DNA of 32,000 nt. Origin: Pirellula staleyi DSM 6068 (GTDB lineage Bacteria > Planctomycetota > Planctomycetia > Pirellulales > Pirellulaceae). Where the stretch lies: positions 3,780,001-3,812,000 of the forward strand of contig CP001848.1 of NCBI GenBank assembly GCA_000025185.1. The letters are read 5' to 3'. Below are positions 17,400-25,962 of this stretch, one piece after another. The stretch's first letter is position 1. Every line of letters starts with the position of its first letter. The position numbers and the translations under genes were made by a program. The notes beneath the pieces are model-generated. The model saw only the letters and a program-made list of their open reading frames with translations, was not told where the DNA came from and did no database searches.

Positions 17400-18194
17400 C
17401 TACTTGCGAAGTTTCTTGTCGATGGTCGAAGCAGGAACGACGAAGCTACCGAGGTCGTTCTCCCCCTTCTTCACGGTCACGCTCATGCGACCGCGTTTCC
17501 ATTCGACTTCCTTCGTCCCTTGCTTCACCTTGTCAACGTAGCCAGCTTTTTCTTGCCAAACGACGAAGTTCCAGGTGCCAGCAGGTACGTTCGAGATCAC
17601 CACTTCGCCAGCCTCGTTGCTGACACCAGCGTAGGGGTCGTCTTTCACGAGCAGCCAGCCGTTCATCCAGCCGTGGATGCTGCAGGTGAGCGGGCTAGGC
17701 TGCGTTTCAGCTTTAGCGAAGGGGTTCTTCTTCAGTTCACCCTTGGCTGGAATCAGTTCGTTGAACGAACCGTTGTTGAACAGATCACCCTTCACGTTGT
17801 GACCGATCGGATCGGGGTTGCCGAGGACCAGTTTTTGCGTGGTGCGGATCACAGCTACGTGGGGCTCATAGCGACAGCCGATGTTATCGACTTTCACTTC
17901 GCCAGTAGCGGTCTTTTCGTAATCGGGATGGACAGGAACTTTCTTGCCGACAGCTGGCAGGAGATAGACGACCACGTTCTGCAGGCCGCCATCTTTACCG
18001 ACAACCAGCGATTCGTCCTTCAGCATTTTCGGACCACAGAAAGCGACGTCCTTATCAGGGACGAGCTTCTTGGCGGCGAAGTCTTTGTCTTCGTAGCTGA
18101 ACTTGATTTTCACATTGCCCCAGTCCTGGGCGACTGCTGAACCGGCGGTCGCAAGCAATGCGACAACCAGACTGAGCGAAAAAAATCGTTTCAT
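17400..18194 (-). CDS. Cupredoxin-like periplasmic protein (amicyanin-type C-x2-H-x2-M loop), paralogue of 16309..17250
   Basis: Start ATG 18194 (MKRFFSLSLVVALLATAGSAVA, cleavable signal) with GGAG upstream. Putative ligands are His in PDPIGHN and CSIHGWM (nt 17664-17684). Tail VVISNVPAGTWNFVVWQE. The track's 46 extra N-terminal codons are rejected. Confidence 0.7.
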   Translation of the reverse strand: MKRFFSLSLVVALLATAGSAVAQDWGNVKIKFSYEDKDFAAKKLVPDKDVAFCGPKMLKDESLVVGKDGGLQNVVVYLLPAVGKKVPVHPDYEKTATGEVKVDNIGCRYEPHVAVIRTTQKLVLGNPDPIGHNVKGDLFNNGSFNELIPAKGELKKNPFAKAETQPSPLTCSIHGWMNGWLLVKDDPYAGVSNEAGEVVISNVPAGTWNFVVWQEKAGYVDKVKQGTKEVEWKRGRMSVTVKKGENDLGSFVVPASTIDKKLRK

Positions 18195-18467
18195 GAGCCA
18201 AACTCCTTCGAGAGGCTGGAGCCGATCGTGGTCGGCCGATTGAGGGGGGAGGTTTTGCTCGCTCGCGAGAGATGCCAAAAGTTTGACACATTTCTCTCGC
18301 CGGCTAATCGGCAAAACCTGATGTACAGACACCTTATTTACTATACCGGGGCTGGCAGTCTCCAGCCACCTCCTTGCGGGAAGTGGCAGCTGACTACCGG
18401 CCCACGGCGGGCAGATTCAAACGAATGATTCAAACACGAAATTGAGCGAAAACGGACAGCGAGGTGA

Positions 18468-21400
18468 TTACTCAGCCGGTGCTGGAGCCGGCGTTGCTTC
18501 GATCGGAGCCACAGGCTGTTCTCCCGGAGGAGCTTCACCGGCAGGTGGCGCCGCACCACTGGCAGCTTCGACGAGCGGCGAAATCTTCGCCGCACCCTTC
18601 GTGTAGCGATCGTAATTCATCAGCAAGTCGACCAGACCATCCACTTGATCCACACTCGTACCGTGGTAGAGGTTTTGCGAAACACCACCGTCGAACTTCA
18701 CGTTCGGGTTGTACGGAATGTTCACCGGCATCGAAGTGTATGGCAGGATTGACTTCGGATTCGCAATCCAGCGTCGCAGGTAATCGGGACGGAGGCGGCG
18801 ATAGACGTCGGCAAGATTAGGAGCTCGTGCTCGCTGCGAACCGACAGGGCTGAAGTCGGCAACGATGTGACACTTCACGCAGTAGTTCTTGTCGACCACG
18901 ATCTTCATGGCATCATCAAATCGCGTCGAAGCTGGCAGACCTTCCTTCTGCAGGAGCTCGGCATACTTGGCTTCGGCTGAGGCGAGGAGATCGTCGTTTC
19001 GCGACTCGGTGGCAACGTACGGATAGGTAGCATTGTCGCGAGCTGCAAAGTAGTTCACCAAAGCCGTCGCTTCGTCGTCCGACATGTTGAACTTCGGCAT
19101 GCGGAGGAACGAGGCTGGGCGAATCGGATAGGGCTCGAGCAAGAAGTCGTGCAACCATCCAGTTTGGACCTTGTTGCCTTCTCCCATCAGTGGCGGTGGT
19201 AGCCAGCCCATCGCTTCTGCACCGGATGCAGAAGGGTTGGCTTGCTGTTCGTAAGCAGTCACCTTCGGCAGCAGGTAACGCGTCAGGGCGCCACCATTGG
19301 CCGGATAGCTACTTTCGACCCGAGCAAACGGAATCTGAACCGATGATCCACCGGTTTGGTAGGTCGAGCCATCAATCATCGCTGGTTGGTAGAGATCGAT
19401 AGAGTAGGAGACCGTGCGAGGATCGAATTCATCCTCGTTCGTCACCCCCACACCATCCATATCAATCACGATCGGCAGACCATCGTCCTTGGCGGTCGGA
19501 GGTAGACCCTTCACCTTGCTGGTGAGCAAGTTGCGCGAATCGGGCTTAGCCTGGGCTTCCAGTTCCTTGGTGCCGAAGTGAGCCTTCAGGAACGGGAAGT
19601 CCTTGAATTCACCTTGCGGGCCGTAGTCGCCAGCAGCGTAGGCAATATTCCAGGTTTCTGCTTCCAGAATATGGCAGCCACCGCAGTTGTACTTCTCGAG
19701 GACTTGCTGACCCTTGATGAGCGCTTCTTTGCGTGCATCGGGTGTGAAGATGTACTTCTCACGTGGAGGATCGGCAACCAACCCTAGGACAAACGTCATG
19801 ATCGCTTCCCGTTCCTCGACTGAAATCGGGAACAGAGGCATGCGAAGCCGTTCGTTGTACTTCTTATTGATCGTTTTCTGGAAGTCGTAGCTGCGTGGTT
19901 CCTTCAGCTTCTGATGAATGAAGCCGATGCGGTTATGCGCTTCAAGTTGGTGGAGATAAAACTCTTCATCTGCTTCACTACCGGCAGGACCAGACGAACT
20001 TGGCCAATTGTGGGCGTGCGAGTGATCACCCTCTGCATGGGCATCATGCGCGGCATCGGCCTTCAAGCTCGTATTGGTCGTGGCAACGGATGGAGCAGGA
20101 GTTTCTTCCTTGGCTTTCGGCTTGTGGCTTGGGCCGTGGTGCTCGAGGTAGTGCGTGATATGTTCGAAGGCGAGCTTCGAAGGATCTTTACGACCCCAGT
20201 CGGCCAGACCGGTTCCGATCGGCTTCGCATCTTCGAAGCCTGGGATGTCGTGGCAGCCGTAGCAGCCGTACTTCGAAATCGTCTTCATGCCGACATAGCG
20301 AAGCTTGTCTTTGTCGGTCAGCTTGCCACCATCGCGAACGATCAGTTCCTTCTCAGCACCCTTGAGTTCGCTTTCGATCTCGGCTGGGATGCCGTTCTGC
20401 AAGTATTCCTCGGCCTGATCTTTGTAGAAGGCATCGAGCAGATAGTCCTTCACATGCTCGTCGAGAGCTTGCTTGTTCTCTTTGGTAAGCGTGGTATCGG
20501 TGATACTCCCTTCAGCTACTGGCGTCCAATTTTCGAGCTTATTGGAGAGCAGGTAGGCTGTGATGTCATCAACAGGATCGAAAACCTTTCCTGCTGCATC
20601 CTTTTCAGGAGTCAGGTAGAGGTTAGGCATCACGGTGCGAACGTGATACTTCGTCGGTTCCTTGATCCAGCTGTAGAGCCACTCGCGACCTTGCGGATTG
20701 CGAGCGGGATCAAACTTGCTGCCGATGCCGGTCAGATCGGGACCTTGAACGATCTCACCTGGCTTCCGGTATTTCTCGATCGTGGGGAAGTCGCCGTGAT
20801 TGTGGCAGGCCAAGCAACCACGCACTTCGAACTGCTGTTTACCACGAGCAATCTTCTCTTCGTCGCTCCACTCACTGATCCCTTCGGGGCGGGGGAGTGG
20901 CTCGAACTCTTGATCGAAGGCCGAGAAATATTCCATCATGCCGAGAATTTCGATCGGCTCACGTACTTGAGCCATGTGATCGTCGGCATCGAGATGATCC
21001 CACAACTGGAAGAAGCGAGGCATGCGCGTACTGGGTCGGAATGCTTGTGGGTTCCAGAGCCAGTCGTACAGGAACGGACGATCGAGTTTGGCGCCGAGGT
21101 ATCGCAAGCTGGGGCCTGATTTGCGGAGGTCGCCAGGAGCTTCAATATCCTTCAGCATGCCCGCCAGCGTGTGAATCTCGGCGGGGAAGAGTGGCGTTTG
21201 GCTAACGGCATCTTCTTCGATCATCAGACGCAGGCGTGTACGTACTTCGTTGTCTTCGGGGTGGTGCACCACGTGATCGGTCGACTTGGCCAGTTCTTGA
21301 AGCTGGGCAAGTTCACCAGCAGCGGTGTTCTTGGCTGATGTGACCTCAGCCGGAGGTTCGCCAGCGGCGCTGGCGGTGTCGAAGGCAGTCGCGGCAGCGT

Positions 21401-23438
21401 TAAATTTCTCTTTAGCAGCAGCGAGCGGAGCCTTGATGTATGGCTGCATCGACTGGGCAACGGCAAAGTAGCCAGGTTCAAGACGCATGTCGGGACCAAC
21501 CCGGCGGGTGGGGCCGTCGTAGCCATTCACTTCGTGACAGCCGTAACAGCCGTACTTGCGAATGACGTGGTAACCGTGCACGAGCGAAGGTGCTGGTGGA
21601 TCGGGAAATCGCTCGCTCGCTTCGAGTTCGACCACTTCGTGGTGGCACTTGAGGCAGGAGGCTTCGGCAAATCGCTTGGGGAACATTGGATAAATCCAAT
21701 GGGCGTTGTCGAACCAGCCGTACTCGTTCATCCAACGTTCGGCGTCGAGGCTGTTGTTGGGGGTGTGCGACGCCCATTTGAAATCGGTGGCCGAGCCTTG
21801 GCCGTCGTGGCAGACGGTGCAAGCAAACGTAGAAAGCTTGTGCGGGCTGGAGTCGCTTACGAACAGGTCGAGGCGTGGGTGCGACGTGAACGGACTGGGA
21901 AGACCACGGCGAATCGTGACAGTGATCGGTTTACCCGAATTCGAGGCGTCGATCAGGTAAGATTCCGCACGACGCGCATCCAGGATGCGATCGCCGTTAA
22001 TCGCCTGAATCACATCTCCCAGCACGATACCGGGGAGATTCTTGAACAGTTCAACGCTTTCTTTGCTGCCGGGACCGATCGCGGCGGCGACACGGATATC
22101 TTCACCGAGCTTATCGCCGGTTGGTTCATTACCCACGGTAACAGCACGAGCTGCGGCCGACTTGGGCTTCACGAACTTCACGGTCACATCGTCGCGATTG
22201 ATCAGACCTTCCGCAGCGAGGCGAATACCGAGGTATTGCTCGAGCGTGTAAGGGAGCGGGTTACCTTCCGCATCGGTCTTCGGTGGGCCAAGTTCTTCGG
22301 GCGTCGGAGGGGTGATGACCAGATCGAAGGTCGTTTCCTTCACGAATGCTTGAGTGGTTGGCATGCCGGGGACCGACTTGGCCATCGATTGATGGCAAGT
22401 GGTGCAGCGGTCGTAGCGCTTGACCTTCTTGAAGTTGTAGTCTTGCTCGAGCCCTTCGCTCCATGCGGTCTCGATTTTACGAGGCGAACCGAAGGCATCG
22501 ATGATGGGAAACGTCAGAACCTTTTTGCCCAGGAAGGGGAAGGTTCCCACGAAGTAGGTTTCACGCTTTTCCGCGTAGGTCTTTTCTAGGCGAACGAGAC
22601 CAGCTCGGCTGTCGTCGAGTTTCTTCTGTGCGGCAGCAATGTCGGCGGTCATCGCCTTGATGGTGCCGTCGAGATTGGCGCGGTGGGTCGAGAGGGTTTG
22701 AGTGGCTTCGCGGAGCGCGTCACGTTCAGCTTCAAGCTTGCGGACGGTCTCGAGTGCCGTTTTCATCGTTGCGGCATTGTTGTCGCGAACGGCAATGTCG
22801 TAGTTGGCTTTCGCAGCATCGAGGAAGCCGTTCTTCCCCTTTTGATTGGTGGCAGCCTGGGTTTCGCGAATTTTAGCGCTGCGAGCATAACCCTCGAATT
22901 CGACAATCAAAGCGGCGCGAGCATCACCCGCCTGCTTTTCAGCAGCGAGGGCGGCAGCTTGGGCCTTCGCCGCAGCTTGCTGGGCAGCTACGTCGCTAGG
23001 AGCAGCTTCCGCCTCTTTAATGGCGGCAGTGGCAGCTTCTCGCAGCGGAACTGCGGCTTCGACGAGTTTTTTGATTTCGGCAGCTTCGGCATCAATCCAG
23101 GCAACATCGACGGTCGTCTTGCGATAAGCGGCGTCGTTTTCGAGTTCCGCTTTGAACTGTTCGATGAGCGCTGCAGGGATCTCTGTGGCAGAGACGCGCG
23201 ACAATTCCTCTTCCAGGTTCGCGTGTTCTTCCATGGCGTCGGCAGTTTCGAACTGCTCTTGCCGCCAAGCATTCAGTTTCAGATCGGCTTCGAGTGCCTT
23301 GGGTTGCACATGTTTCCAAGGCCGATCGTGGTCTCGATAGAACATCAAGACGGTAACGATTGCCAAGATAACGCCGGAAACCGCAAATAAGCGATTCAGC
23401 AAACCTTGATCACGCCAAGTTGATTCCGTTGCGGGCAT
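18468..23438 (-). CDS. Membrane-anchored octahaem c-type cytochrome (1656 aa) with an N-terminal coiled coil and a PDZ-like insert; likely the c-type subunit of the adjacent Rieske/cyt b complex
   Basis: Eight CxxCH motifs verified by back-translation: CTTCH 22392-22406, CTVCH 21807-21821, CLKCH 21642-21656, CYGCH 21534-21548, CLACH 20802-20816, CYGCH 20250-20264, CGGCH 19671-19685, CVKCH 18867-18881. One N-terminal TM (LFAVSGVILAIVTVLMF). Heptad-like Ala/Glu/Lys-rich region at aa 45-295. PDZ-like segment NLPGIVLGDVIQAINGDRILD...ITVTIRRG. Five class-I-like modules have W..P....MP distal-Met blocks. ATG with GGAG upstream. Confidence 0.9.
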   Translation of the reverse strand: MPATESTWRDQGLLNRLFAVSGVILAIVTVLMFYRDHDRPWKHVQPKALEADLKLNAWRQEQFETADAMEEHANLEEELSRVSATEIPAALIEQFKAELENDAAYRKTTVDVAWIDAEAAEIKKLVEAAVPLREAATAAIKEAEAAPSDVAAQQAAAKAQAAALAAEKQAGDARAALIVEFEGYARSAKIRETQAATNQKGKNGFLDAAKANYDIAVRDNNAATMKTALETVRKLEAERDALREATQTLSTHRANLDGTIKAMTADIAAAQKKLDDSRAGLVRLEKTYAEKRETYFVGTFPFLGKKVLTFPIIDAFGSPRKIETAWSEGLEQDYNFKKVKRYDRCTTCHQSMAKSVPGMPTTQAFVKETTFDLVITPPTPEELGPPKTDAEGNPLPYTLEQYLGIRLAAEGLINRDDVTVKFVKPKSAAARAVTVGNEPTGDKLGEDIRVAAAIGPGSKESVELFKNLPGIVLGDVIQAINGDRILDARRAESYLIDASNSGKPITVTIRRGLPSPFTSHPRLDLFVSDSSPHKLSTFACTVCHDGQGSATDFKWASHTPNNSLDAERWMNEYGWFDNAHWIYPMFPKRFAEASCLKCHHEVVELEASERFPDPPAPSLVHGYHVIRKYGCYGCHEVNGYDGPTRRVGPDMRLEPGYFAVAQSMQPYIKAPLAAAKEKFNAAATAFDTASAAGEPPAEVTSAKNTAAGELAQLQELAKSTDHVVHHPEDNEVRTRLRLMIEEDAVSQTPLFPAEIHTLAGMLKDIEAPGDLRKSGPSLRYLGAKLDRPFLYDWLWNPQAFRPSTRMPRFFQLWDHLDADDHMAQVREPIEILGMMEYFSAFDQEFEPLPRPEGISEWSDEEKIARGKQQFEVRGCLACHNHGDFPTIEKYRKPGEIVQGPDLTGIGSKFDPARNPQGREWLYSWIKEPTKYHVRTVMPNLYLTPEKDAAGKVFDPVDDITAYLLSNKLENWTPVAEGSITDTTLTKENKQALDEHVKDYLLDAFYKDQAEEYLQNGIPAEIESELKGAEKELIVRDGGKLTDKDKLRYVGMKTISKYGCYGCHDIPGFEDAKPIGTGLADWGRKDPSKLAFEHITHYLEHHGPSHKPKAKEETPAPSVATTNTSLKADAAHDAHAEGDHSHAHNWPSSSGPAGSEADEEFYLHQLEAHNRIGFIHQKLKEPRSYDFQKTINKKYNERLRMPLFPISVEEREAIMTFVLGLVADPPREKYIFTPDARKEALIKGQQVLEKYNCGGCHILEAETWNIAYAAGDYGPQGEFKDFPFLKAHFGTKELEAQAKPDSRNLLTSKVKGLPPTAKDDGLPIVIDMDGVGVTNEDEFDPRTVSYSIDLYQPAMIDGSTYQTGGSSVQIPFARVESSYPANGGALTRYLLPKVTAYEQQANPSASGAEAMGWLPPPLMGEGNKVQTGWLHDFLLEPYPIRPASFLRMPKFNMSDDEATALVNYFAARDNATYPYVATESRNDDLLASAEAKYAELLQKEGLPASTRFDDAMKIVVDKNYCVKCHIVADFSPVGSQRARAPNLADVYRRLRPDYLRRWIANPKSILPYTSMPVNIPYNPNVKFDGGVSQNLYHGTSVDQVDGLVDLLMNYDRYTKGAAKISPLVEAASGAAPPAGEAPPGEQPVAPIEATPAPAPAE

Positions 23439-23538
23439 TGCATCCGTCTCCGCGAGCGAGGCACTGTTTTGCGAGATCCCAGGGGTTCAATCACCCCCTG
23501 ATCGTCGCGACTACTGACCAGCCACAATCACTCGAGGC

Positions 23539-24921
23539 TTAAAAGTTGAGTACGTATTCAGGTAAATCGATGAAGTATTTCAGGTTAAACAGCCAGCGGC
23601 AGACCATCTTCAGAGGAAGTAGGCCCATCCACAGGAGCAAGTTGGTCATCACCATGTAGCGAATGAATCCCATCTTCATGAACATGTTCTGGAACATCTT
23701 CGAGCAGACCACCAGGGCTGGTGGAATGACGGCAAAGTATCCAATCAGCAGCATGATGCCGGGGAATTCTCGGAGCATGGCATAGATGAGTTTGATTCCG
23801 AAACTGGCCCCTTCAGGAGCGAGTGGGCGATGGCTTCGCAGCGCATCGATCCAGAAGAACTCCGACAGATTTTTATTGTTGAGGGCTTCGACTTTGTGGG
23901 TGTCCCAAATTTCATAGGGACCGAAGAAGTTCCAGTTCGGACCGCGAAGGAATGTTCCCATCACGATCAGCGTGATCCAGAGGACCAGGAAGCCAAACTG
24001 GAAGGTGATGTAAGCGAACTTCCGTTCTTCGATCGTGTAGTAGCCGTTGCCAGCTTTGTTGTAGTCGATGTAGGGAATGGCCATCAGACCAGCCACCACC
24101 ATGCTTGGGAGGACCACGCCTGCCATCCACGGATCATAGTACACCAGCATCTCTTGCAGACCGAGGAAGTACCAAGGGGCCTTCGAGGGGTTGGGGGTTT
24201 TCACAGCCGAGGCTGGTTCTTCGAGGGGCGCTTGGAGCGAGATGGCCCAGAAGAGCATGAACGCAGTGAGGGCGACCATGCAAATCAGTTCGGTGTAAAC
24301 CAGATCGGGCCAGACGAGCACTTTCTCGCTATCGAGCTTCTCGAGGGGTTCGAGACCTTGCTTGCGACGTTCGTCGTTGATCACAGCTCGGTAGGCGCTA
24401 AGCCAGGTGAAGAACGCGAGCAAGAAGATCAAACCGACGATCGGCACGTTATCGGGCTTCACCACGATCGAGGCAAAGTTTTGGTCGGTGAGCGACATAC
24501 CAAGCAGCAGCATGGAGAGGTTCAGCCCGGTCCAAGCGACGGCAGGTTGCACGAAGAATTTGCGACCGACAAACAGGACCGAAAGGAAAGCGAGCGAACC
24601 CAGCGTGTAGAACGTCGGGTTCATCAGGCTGTTGATGGTGGCGCGAACTGCCATCGGGAGAGAAATGATCTGCATCCATTTCTCATCGCCGCTAAACGCG
24701 AGGGGCGAGAGGAACAGGAAGAAAATCGAAACGCAAAGCCAAATGAGTTCCGCACCGAACGGCATTTCGATAATCGGAACTTTGCCGATCACTTTGGTCT
24801 TGTTCGACTTCCACAGGATGAAAGCAGCAATGCCGTTGATCACCGCAATCAGCAGATAGTACGACCCCAAGAAGCCGGAGATCTGCTTCAAGAAGATGTC
24901 ATAGGGAACGTGGCCGTGCAT
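23539..24921 (-). CDS. Cytochrome b C-terminal domain / b6f subunit-IV-like protein, extended to 460 aa by extra TM helices at both ends
   Basis: The core VWPDLVYTELICMVALTAFMLFWAISLQAPLEEPASAVKTPNPSKAPWYFLGLQEMLVYY aligns to the PetD / cyt b helix E-ef loop region including the Qo PEWY position (here APWY, nt 24169-24180). About 190 aa of additional hydrophobic N-terminal sequence and about 160 aa of C-terminal sequence flank it. Confidence 0.85.
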   Translation of the reverse strand: MHGHVPYDIFLKQISGFLGSYYLLIAVINGIAAFILWKSNKTKVIGKVPIIEMPFGAELIWLCVSIFFLFLSPLAFSGDEKWMQIISLPMAVRATINSLMNPTFYTLGSLAFLSVLFVGRKFFVQPAVAWTGLNLSMLLLGMSLTDQNFASIVVKPDNVPIVGLIFLLAFFTWLSAYRAVINDERRKQGLEPLEKLDSEKVLVWPDLVYTELICMVALTAFMLFWAISLQAPLEEPASAVKTPNPSKAPWYFLGLQEMLVYYDPWMAGVVLPSMVVAGLMAIPYIDYNKAGNGYYTIEERKFAYITFQFGFLVLWITLIVMGTFLRGPNWNFFGPYEIWDTHKVEALNNKNLSEFFWIDALRSHRPLAPEGASFGIKLIYAMLREFPGIMLLIGYFAVIPPALVVCSKMFQNMFMKMGFIRYMVMTNLLLWMGLLPLKMVCRWLFNLKYFIDLPEYVLNF

Positions 24922-24997
24922 CGCTACTGCTCTATCCGTGAGAAAACAAGTTGGAGGTCAAAATCGAGCTGCCAAGCATCAACAAAACACTCTCGAT

Positions 24998-25774
24998 TTA
25001 GAGAGGTCCGCTGATACCACCGTCTTTACGAACACGCCAGAAGTGGATGGCCAAGAGCAGCGAAACTGCCAGTGGAATGGCCACACAGTGGAGCACGTAG
25101 AAGCGGTTCAACGTCTCTTCACCCACAAAGCGGGCACCGAGCAAACCAAATCGAGCATCGGATGCGTTGGTGATCATCGCGATGCCGTCGATATTTAAGA
25201 ACTGAGCACCGGGACCTTCGTAACCAAGGATCGGTGTCGCGCGAGCCATGTTCGAACCGACGGTGATGGCCCATACCGCCAATTGATCCCACGGGAGCAA
25301 GTAGCCGGTGAACGACATCAGCAGCGTGAGCAAGAGCAAGACGACACCGACCACCCAGTTGAATTCTCGCGGCGGTTTGTAGCTGCCGGTGAGGAACACG
25401 CGATACATGTGGAGCCAGACGGTGATCACCATGGCGTGAGCACCCCAGCGATGAAGTTCGCGGAGAATGCCCATCGAGGTGACATCGCGAAGAGCCAGGA
25501 TGTCGTTGTACGCCCATTCGATCACGGGACGGTAGTAGAACATCAACAAAACGCCGGTGACCGTTTCGACCAGAAACAGGAAGAAGGTCACGCCACCCAT
25601 GCACCACGTGAAGCTGAGGGCGATCCCTTGCTTCTTGATCGAGACGGGGTGGAGATGGAGGAAGAAGTTGGTGAGCATCACCACAATGCGATTGCGGCGA
25701 TCGACCGGCATCGGGTGCCGGAAAATGCTCTTCCAAATCTGTGATTCGCGAATGATTTCGCTGAGCGATGCCAT
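24998..25774 (-). CDS. Cytochrome b6-like protein (cytochrome b N-terminal, four-helix haem-binding domain)
   Basis: 258 aa. Paired haem-ligand His blocks: [21 protein letters not shown] (helix B) and [28 protein letters not shown] (helix D). Conserved [16 protein letters not shown]. Confidence 0.9.
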   Translation of the reverse strand: MASLSEIIRESQIWKSIFRHPMPVDRRNRIVVMLTNFFLHLHPVSIKKQGIALSFTWCMGGVTFFLFLVETVTGVLLMFYYRPVIEWAYNDILALRDVTSMGILRELHRWGAHAMVITVWLHMYRVFLTGSYKPPREFNWVVGVVLLLLTLLMSFTGYLLPWDQLAVWAITVGSNMARATPILGYEGPGAQFLNIDGIAMITNASDARFGLLGARFVGEETLNRFYVLHCVAIPLAVSLLLAIHFWRVRKDGGISGPL

Positions 25775-25962
25775 GACTTTTAAGGGCCTTCCCTGCGGAC
25801 TTAATTTACAAGCGACAAAGGCAACTACTGACTTCGTCGATTCTGGTTAACTCAAAAAACGCTAGTTTGGAAGTTTCTGAGCCCAGCTTGCTGGCTGAAC
25901 TCAGTTACCGCAGCACTTGCAGAATCGCGGGTGCTGCAGGAGTCTCTCGCAGTTTAGGTGGA

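Noticed and set aside
19914-22589. Plus-strand ORFs of 401 aa (19914..21119) and 351 aa (21534..22589)
   Set aside because: Both are antisense to the octahaem cytochrome gene, whose eight CxxCH motifs validate the minus-strand frame. The products have no recognisable motifs.
23830-25014. A 394-aa plus-strand ORF
   Set aside because: It is antisense to the subunit-IV-like cytochrome b gene. The composition is charged and low complexity, with no signature.
8174-25937. Intercistronic hairpins considered as intrinsic terminators
   Set aside because: None is followed by a U-tract on the transcribed (minus) strand, and downstream genes are functionally linked. They are reported as stem-loops of unknown role rather than as terminators.
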